A stretch of 64,000 bases of DNA from Cyanobacteria bacterium P01_A01_bin.123 (lineage in GTDB: Bacteria > Cyanobacteriota > Cyanobacteriia > Phormidesmidales > Phormidesmidaceae), in the NCBI GenBank assembly GCA_039815185.1, contig JBCBZT010000037.1, forward strand, positions 22,072 through 86,071, given 5' to 3'. The position numbers and the translations under genes were made by a program. The notes under the pieces were generated by a model. It saw nothing but the letters and a program-made list of their open reading frames with translations, was not told the DNA's origin and did not search any database. Shown here piece by piece: positions 58,061 to 64,000 of this stretch (position 1 is the first letter of the stretch; every line of letters begins with the position of its first letter).

Positions 58061-59575
58061 CTATGGCTGCCAATGAGCTGGGGCACGACCGTAGATTTGG
58101 GTTAGATTCCGCAGGCGATCGCGGATCTCGTCTGTCAACGCATCAGCAGAATAGCGCCACTCCCAGTTGTCACTCGGCTTACCCGGTGTATTCATACGAG
58201 CCTCACTGCCCAACCCCAACACATCTTGGAGCGGAATGATCGCCTGGTTTGCCACCGACCCCAGCGCCAGACGAATCATATCCCAGTGAATACCGTCTTC
58301 GCTGGTGCAGCCAAGATACTGCATCAAGCGACCTTTTTCGTAATCGTTAGCGCGCTCATACCAACCCACCGTGGTGTCGTTATCGTGGGTTCCCGTGTAG
58401 ATCAGACAGTTTTGCGGCACGTTATAAGGCAAGTAAGGGTTATGACGATCGGAACCAAAGGCAAACTGCAAAATTTTCATCCCTGGGAAATCAAACCGAT
58501 CTCGCAGCGCGTCTACTTCTGGCGTAATCACACCCAAGTCTTCAGCCAAAATTGGCAGACTCCCTAATTCTTGCTTCACCGTTTCAAAAAACAGCTCCCC
58601 AGGCGCTTTCACCCAGTCGCCATTCATGGCAGTGGTCTCCCCAGCTGCCACAGCCCAATAGGATTCAAACCCGCGAAAATGGTCGATGCGCGTCAGATCC
58701 ACATAATCAAGTAGGGCTTTAAGCCGTTGCAGCCACCAGCGAAACTTACGCTTTTCCAGCTCTTCCCAGTTGTAAGTGGGATTGCCCCACAGTTGCCCCG
58801 TTTCGCTGAAATAATCCGGCGGTACCCCAGCCATCTCAGAAGGTTCTAGGGTTTCGGGATCGATCATGAAGTTACCTGGAAAAGCCCAGACGTCTACACT
58901 ATCGTGGGCAACGTAAATGGGCATATCGCCAATGATTTGGATACCTTTCTCATTGGCGTAGGTTTTGAGGTCGCTCCACTGACAGTGGAACGCAAACTGA
59001 AAATACTTGTGGTAATAAATCACTGGCGCCAGCTTCAACCGCCAGTGTTCCATCGCTTCGGGTTGACGACGGGCAATCGCATCATCCCACTTGTGCCAAC
59101 TGGCTCCACTGTGTTCTCGCTTCAGCGCCATAAAAAAGGCATATTCGTCCAGCCAAAAATCATGGGCTCCGCAAAACTCCGCAAAGGCTTGCTGCTCTGC
59201 TTCATCTGCTTGGAGCTTGAAGGCTTCAGCGGCTTTTTCGAGCAACCTCACCTTGTCGTGAATCACCCTGTCAAAATCAATGGTGTGAGCTGGATATTCA
59301 GGCAAGTCATCGAGATCTTGTTGGGTGAGCAAGCCGCGATCGCGCAACTGCTCTAAACTCACCAACACATGGTTGCCTGCCATTGCGGAATAACACATGT
59401 AGGGTGAATTGCCATGCCCCGTGGGGCCCAACGGCAAAACCTGCCAGGTCTGCTGCCCCGCCTCGGCCAAAAAATCGACGAACTTATAGGCTTCTGAACC
59501 AACATCTCCGATACCAAATCGTCCCGGTAAAGACGTGGGATGAAGGAGAATACCGCTCGATCTGGGAAAAGACAT
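58061..59575 (-). CDS. malQ: 4-alpha-glucanotransferase (amylomaltase, GH77)
   Basis: SGILLHPTSLPG, GVPPDYFS.TGQLWGNP, RIDHFRG, AEDLG, GTHDN. Confidence 0.96.
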   Translation of the reverse strand: MSFPRSSGILLHPTSLPGRFGIGDVGSEAYKFVDFLAEAGQQTWQVLPLGPTGHGNSPYMCYSAMAGNHVLVSLEQLRDRGLLTQQDLDDLPEYPAHTIDFDRVIHDKVRLLEKAAEAFKLQADEAEQQAFAEFCGAHDFWLDEYAFFMALKREHSGASWHKWDDAIARRQPEAMEHWRLKLAPVIYYHKYFQFAFHCQWSDLKTYANEKGIQIIGDMPIYVAHDSVDVWAFPGNFMIDPETLEPSEMAGVPPDYFSETGQLWGNPTYNWEELEKRKFRWWLQRLKALLDYVDLTRIDHFRGFESYWAVAAGETTAMNGDWVKAPGELFFETVKQELGSLPILAEDLGVITPEVDALRDRFDFPGMKILQFAFGSDRHNPYLPYNVPQNCLIYTGTHDNDTTVGWYERANDYEKGRLMQYLGCTSEDGIHWDMIRLALGSVANQAIIPLQDVLGLGSEARMNTPGKPSDNWEWRYSADALTDEIRDRLRNLTQIYGRAPAHWQP

Positions 59576-59790
59576 AAAGTTATTGGGGAAAGGTTGGACG
59601 GATGATTAAGTGCATTCTAGAAAAGACTGGCAGAGGATCTGAACAATTCGCAAGCTAAAAGCAGGAATTGTCATGGTATGGATATGCTGGAGATGCCTCA
59701 GCTGCCAACACTATGGCTCCGCTTCATATTCTGTGCCTCCTTGATGTGACAGCTTGTTTCTGTGACCCTTTGATGTAATGGCTTGTTTCT

Positions 59791-60228
59791 GTGACCTACC
59801 GTAATCCTGCGCCTACCGTTGACCTAATTATTGAACTGCGCGATCGCCCCCATCGCCCCATTTTGCTAGTCGAACGCCACTTTGAGCCCCTCGGTTGGGC
59901 CATCCCCGGTGGCTTTGTCGATTATGGCGAATCAGTAGAAGCCGCCGCCATTCGCGAAGCTGCCGAAGAAACTGGCCTACAGGTTTCCTTACTAGAACAG
60001 TTCTACGTCTACTCAAACCCTAATCGCGACGCCCGTAAACACACCATCAGCATCGTCTTCATCGCCACTGCCACAGGTGAACCCACCGCCGGAGACGACG
60101 CTAAAGCCTACAAAATTTTTCTCCCCTGGGAAATCCCCACCAACCTCTGCTTCGATCACGATCTGATTTTGCAAGACTATTTGAGGTATCGTGATTACGG
60201 CATTAGGCCCACAATCGTTAGTGGTTAA
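59791..60228 (+). CDS. NUDIX hydrolase
   Basis: [24 protein letters not shown]udix box. Confidence 0.93.
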   Translation: MTYRNPAPTVDLIIELRDRPHRPILLVERHFEPLGWAIPGGFVDYGESVEAAAIREAAEETGLQVSLLEQFYVYSNPNRDARKHTISIVFIATATGEPTAGDDAKAYKIFLPWEIPTNLCFDHDLILQDYLRYRDYGIRPTIVSG

Positions 60229-60417
60229 GGGTTAATGGTGAGCGGTCAAATTGCTAAGAGGTTGCTTTAAAGGTAATCAAGGGTTATCTGAGCCGCCCCC
60301 TTGCCCCCAATCCTGGGGGGTTCTGAAACTCATCTTTCATAAACTTGCCAAGTATCAACCATTAACCCCTTATCTCCGACTCCTACCCCCTACCCCCTCT
60401 TTCTTCCCTTCCCTCCC

Positions 60418-60813
60418 ATGCCCCACAAAATCATCATCACCGATCAAGCTCCAGCCCCCGTTGGCCCTTACAACCAAGCGGTCGCGGCGGCGGGGCAAAT
60501 GATTTTTGTGGCGGGGCAAATTCCTTTAGATCCGGCAACGGGTCAGATTGTTGGAGACGGAGATGTTGCGAAGCAGACTCACCAAGCGATCGCAAATTTA
60601 AGCGCCATCCTCGATGCAGCTGGGGCAACCCGCAGCGACGTAGTTAAAACCAGCATCTTTCTTAAAGACATGAACGACTTCGCGGCGATGAACGAGGTCT
60701 ATGCCCAGTATTTTGGTGGTGATCAGGCTCCAGCCCGTGCCTGTGTTGAAGTAGCCCGCTTACCTAAAGACGTGTTGGTAGAAATTGAATGTATCGCTGT
60801 AATTGAGTCATAG
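60418..60813 (+). CDS. ridA: RidA family enamine/imine deaminase
   Basis: [35 protein letters not shown]. Confidence 0.92.
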   Translation: MPHKIIITDQAPAPVGPYNQAVAAAGQMIFVAGQIPLDPATGQIVGDGDVAKQTHQAIANLSAILDAAGATRSDVVKTSIFLKDMNDFAAMNEVYAQYFGGDQAPARACVEVARLPKDVLVEIECIAVIES

Positions 60814-61045
60814 AAACTTTAATCTTTATGCTTGTTTTTTAATTTTTATCCTTCGAGGCACTGAAGCATCAGTATGAACAACTGGGATCAGTTAGTAATG
60901 AGCTAATTCTGTAATGCGGCAACTTTAAGCTGATAGCCATCTACCTCAGGGAGCAAGCCTTTCTCAACAAAGCTAGTTACATTGGGAAAGAGCCCGATCG
61001 GTGATACCACGCTCAGTCATATCCGTCGTATTCAAAGACAGTTCT

Positions 61046-62746
61046 ATGCGAGATTTCCAAACGATCGAGAAAACTGCCTACGACCTCATCATTATCGGAG
61101 GCGGTATTAATGGCGCAGCAGCAGCCCGTGATGCCTCACTCCGTGGCCTCAAAACAGTTTTGATTGAAAAAAATGACTTTGCCTCGGGTAGCACCAGTTG
61201 GTCAACTCGGTTAATTCATGGCGGATTGCGTTATCTAGAATATTTTGAAGTTAACTTAGTCCGCGAATCGCTCCACGAACGGGAAGTTCTGCTCCATGCA
61301 GCACCCCACTTAGCTGAACCCATTCAGATGACCATTCCGATCTACAAATCTGGGTCTCGCAGCTACTGGGAGATTCAGGCGGGGATGGTGCTTTACGACA
61401 TCTTGAGCTACGACAAAACCCTGCCGAACCATCGCATGTTGCCCGTCAAGAAGATGCGGCAACTGTATCGTTCAGTCAATCCTGAGGCCCTGGCGGGAGC
61501 AGCCCAATACTACGACGCCCAAGCCGAATATTCCGAGCGCCTCTGCTGGGAAAACATTCTGGCGACTGCAGAGGCCGGCGGCACCGTGCTGAACTATGTG
61601 GCTGTGACCGACATTCAGCGAGATCGCGATCGCATTACTAGCCTCACCTGTAAAGATCAGCTAACCGGCGAAGATTTCAGCCTCAAGTGTAACGAGAAAA
61701 CAATTGTGCTCAACACATCTGGCCCCTGGGTAGATAAGGTGCTGGATTTGGGACGCAAAGGCAGCGATCGCGCTCCAATCGGCAACACGCGCAAGATTGG
61801 CGGCACTAAGGGCAGCCATATCTTCGTCGAGCCCTTCCCGGGTGCACCCAAGAATGCCTTCTATGTAGAAGCCAAAACCGACAATCGCCCCTTCTTTATC
61901 CTGCCGCGTTTGGGCATGTACTTGATTGGCACTACCGACGAACGCTACAACGGCAGCATCGACACCATCAAAGCCAACAACGATGAGATTGATTATCTAA
62001 TTAACGAAACCAATCTCATTTTCCCCACGGCCCACCTAACCCGGCAAAACGTCCGCTTCACCTACTCTGGGGTGCGTCCCTTGCCCTATGCCGAAGGGAA
62101 AAAACCGGGTAGCATTAGCCGAAACCACATTTTGTTCAACCACGGCAAAGAAGGGGTAAAAAACCTAATTTCGCTAATTGGGGGCAAGTTAACAACCCAT
62201 CGTCGAGTCGGAGAAGAAGCGGTCGATTTGGTCTATCGCTACCGCAAGCAAGCCACCCCCCCCTGCCCAACCCACAAACAAACCTTACCTGGGGCAATTT
62301 TGCCTGATGATCCGCGCATTGACCAAGCATTGAGCGACTATCAAGGCCGCGTTGATATCCAAGCTGTGAACCATCTATTTGTGGTCTATGGTGCCAAAGC
62401 AACACAGGTTTTAGCTTTGATCGATGAAGACGCCAGCCTAGGCGAACGGATCGTCCCTCATCTACCCGACATCAAAGCCCAAGCAGTTTATGCCGTGAGG
62501 GCTGAAATGGCTTACACCATAGAAGATATTTGCCGCCGTCGAACAACGCTATCAATGCAGGCCAACTATGGCTTGGATGCCCTACCAGCGATTGTAGACG
62601 CACTCAAACAGCACTGTGGTTGGTCTGATGAAAAATGCGATCGCCAGATCGCAGCTTATCGCAAATTCATGGAAGACAACTGCATTCCTGACTATGTTCT
62701 CGCAGCTCAAGCCACCGAGCGATCGCTGCAAACAACCGCAGGTTAA
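61046..62746 (+). CDS. glpD: FAD-dependent glycerol-3-phosphate dehydrogenase
   Basis: IIGGGINGA, STRLIHGGLRYLE, KGSH, IGTTD, SGVRPL, GGKLTT. Confidence 0.94.
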   Translation: MRDFQTIEKTAYDLIIIGGGINGAAAARDASLRGLKTVLIEKNDFASGSTSWSTRLIHGGLRYLEYFEVNLVRESLHEREVLLHAAPHLAEPIQMTIPIYKSGSRSYWEIQAGMVLYDILSYDKTLPNHRMLPVKKMRQLYRSVNPEALAGAAQYYDAQAEYSERLCWENILATAEAGGTVLNYVAVTDIQRDRDRITSLTCKDQLTGEDFSLKCNEKTIVLNTSGPWVDKVLDLGRKGSDRAPIGNTRKIGGTKGSHIFVEPFPGAPKNAFYVEAKTDNRPFFILPRLGMYLIGTTDERYNGSIDTIKANNDEIDYLINETNLIFPTAHLTRQNVRFTYSGVRPLPYAEGKKPGSISRNHILFNHGKEGVKNLISLIGGKLTTHRRVGEEAVDLVYRYRKQATPPCPTHKQTLPGAILPDDPRIDQALSDYQGRVDIQAVNHLFVVYGAKATQVLALIDEDASLGERIVPHLPDIKAQAVYAVRAEMAYTIEDICRRRTTLSMQANYGLDALPAIVDALKQHCGWSDEKCDRQIAAYRKFMEDNCIPDYVLAAQATERSLQTTAG

Positions 62747-62817
62747 TGCACCCCCTTGCCCCACCGCCCCATAACCTTTACCCTGCATGGTGAAGTCGCT
62801 GCGTTTAAAACAACCGC

Positions 62818-63744
62818 GTGAACTTAACGATTCTCGGTGCAGGGGCTTGGGGCACTGCTTTAGCTTCCCTTGCTTCCCTTAATCAGCATCCACTCAAACT
62901 CTGGTCTCGCCGGGGTGATCTTTCTTTGGAGGATGCCATTGAGGGAGCAGACGTGATTTTGTCTGTTATCTCTATGAAGGGTGTGGCAGAATTGGGCAAA
63001 CGCCTTGAGCACATTGGTATTCCTGAGAAAACGATCATCGCGACTGCCACAAAGGGGCTTGACCCCGCCACAACTTGCACGCCCTCTCAGATTTATCAAG
63101 CGTTATTTCCTCACAATTCCATCGTGGTGCTGTCTGGCCCCAACCTTTCTAAAGAAATCGAACAGCGATTACCCGCAGCAACGGTAGCCGCCAGCGCAAA
63201 TGAGGCTGCCGCAGAAGCGGTACAAACCCTCTTTGCTTCCGAGATATTTCGGGTTTATACCAGTCTCGATCCCTTGGGCGCTGAGTTGGGCGGGACATTG
63301 AAAAACGTGATGGCGATCGCGGTTGGGGTTTGCGACGGTCTGAATTTAGGGACAAATGCGAAGGCCGCTTTGATTACTCGCGCAATTCCTGAAGTGATTC
63401 GTGTGGGCACTCACCTCGGCGGCCAAACCGAAACCTTCTTTGGCTTGAGCGGGTTGGGCGATATGTTGGCCACCTGCACCAGTCCCCTCAGCCGTAATTA
63501 CCGCGTTGGTTATGGCCTTGCCCAAGGTAAGCCGCTAGAACAGATTTTGACAGCGCTGGGTAGCACCGCAGAAGGGGTCAACACCGCCAACGTATTAATG
63601 GACATTGCCAATCGAGAGGAAATTCCAGTCCCGATTTCGCGCGAAGTCTACCGACTACTCCATGGCAAAATCACACCTCAAGAAGCGGTTGCTAATTTGA
63701 TGGAGCGGGAATTAAAGCCCGAGGCTTGCGATTTACTGGAGTAA
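62818..63744 (+). CDS. gpsA: NAD(P)H-dependent glycerol-3-phosphate dehydrogenase
   Basis: GAGAWGTALA, ATKG, SGPN, ELGG.LKNV, GLGD..ATC.S.LSRN, EGV. Confidence 0.95.
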   Translation: MNLTILGAGAWGTALASLASLNQHPLKLWSRRGDLSLEDAIEGADVILSVISMKGVAELGKRLEHIGIPEKTIIATATKGLDPATTCTPSQIYQALFPHNSIVVLSGPNLSKEIEQRLPAATVAASANEAAAEAVQTLFASEIFRVYTSLDPLGAELGGTLKNVMAIAVGVCDGLNLGTNAKAALITRAIPEVIRVGTHLGGQTETFFGLSGLGDMLATCTSPLSRNYRVGYGLAQGKPLEQILTALGSTAEGVNTANVLMDIANREEIPVPISREVYRLLHGKITPQEAVANLMERELKPEACDLLE

Positions 63745-63807
63745 AAAAGTTTGTGAATTATCAAGCCCTTAGTTCTAAGTAGGAAGGCCCAATTAAATAT
63801 AAGAAAG

Positions 63808-63872
63808 CGTAGGTTGTGGTTGAGGAACGAAACCCAACGCCTGCATGGGTTACGCTATCGCTAACCCATCCT
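63808..63872. repeat. cyanobacterial REP-like palindromic element
   Basis: CGTAGGTTGTGGTTGAGGAACGAAACCCAAC...ATGGGTTACGCTATCGCTAACCCATCCT, GTAG-headed imperfect hairpins. Confidence 0.55.
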
Positions 63873-64000
63873 TGTATGTTGGGATTGGCAAGCCATCAGC
63901 AATAATAATGCTGGAAGTGACTCTGGACGCATCCTCAAGCCCATAGAGCTTGCGACGTAGAATCAAGAGCCTTCCTCAGCTTGTCAATCCCCATCGCCGC

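Noticed and set aside
63935..64000. Possible 3' end of a minus-strand CDS entering from the window end (AAMGIDKLRKALDSTSQALWA*)
   Set aside because: Too short to support a call
1..64000. Frequent GCGATCGC octamers as a novel repeat; IS, prophage, CRISPR or rRNA elements
   Set aside because: The octamer is the well-known cyanobacterial HIP1; no transposase, integrase, phage, cas or rRNA sequence was recognised

Overview
64 kb of cyanobacterial chromosome, probably a filamentous Leptolyngbya/Nodosilinea-type organism. The evidence is dense HIP1 GCGATCGC octamers, cpcS, DUF928, DUF2854, DUF3326 and an FdC1-type ferredoxin. Most of the window is housekeeping or conserved genes: partial pyrE, tRNA-CAU, agcS-type symporter, ABC-F, ilvE, mobA, cpcS, malQ, glpD and gpsA. 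The highlight is a ~19 kb purine/N-heterocycle utilisation island (14.8-34.1 kb). It carries an NCS2 permease, xdhA-xdhB, an ATPase-less ABC importer, an inserted vapBC, xdhC, a stand-alone Rieske oxygenase, an EamA transporter, a Q/S/Y-rich secreted protein and guaD. It also holds a GntR regulator and a divergent SH3 / ABM-like / Gly-rich operon. Four intergenic regions of the island share a tandem (T)GTATAC heptamer, a likely GntR operator. The XdhB lacks the conserved substrate-orienting Arg (R880 bovine / R310 R. capsulatus), which suggests a non-canonical substrate such as a methylated purine or another N-heterocycle. The window also contains three decayed STAND-type (NACHT/NB-ARC-associated) gene relics and a barrel-less POTRA-TPR protein. 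All calls come from reading the sequence and recalled family motifs; no searches were run.
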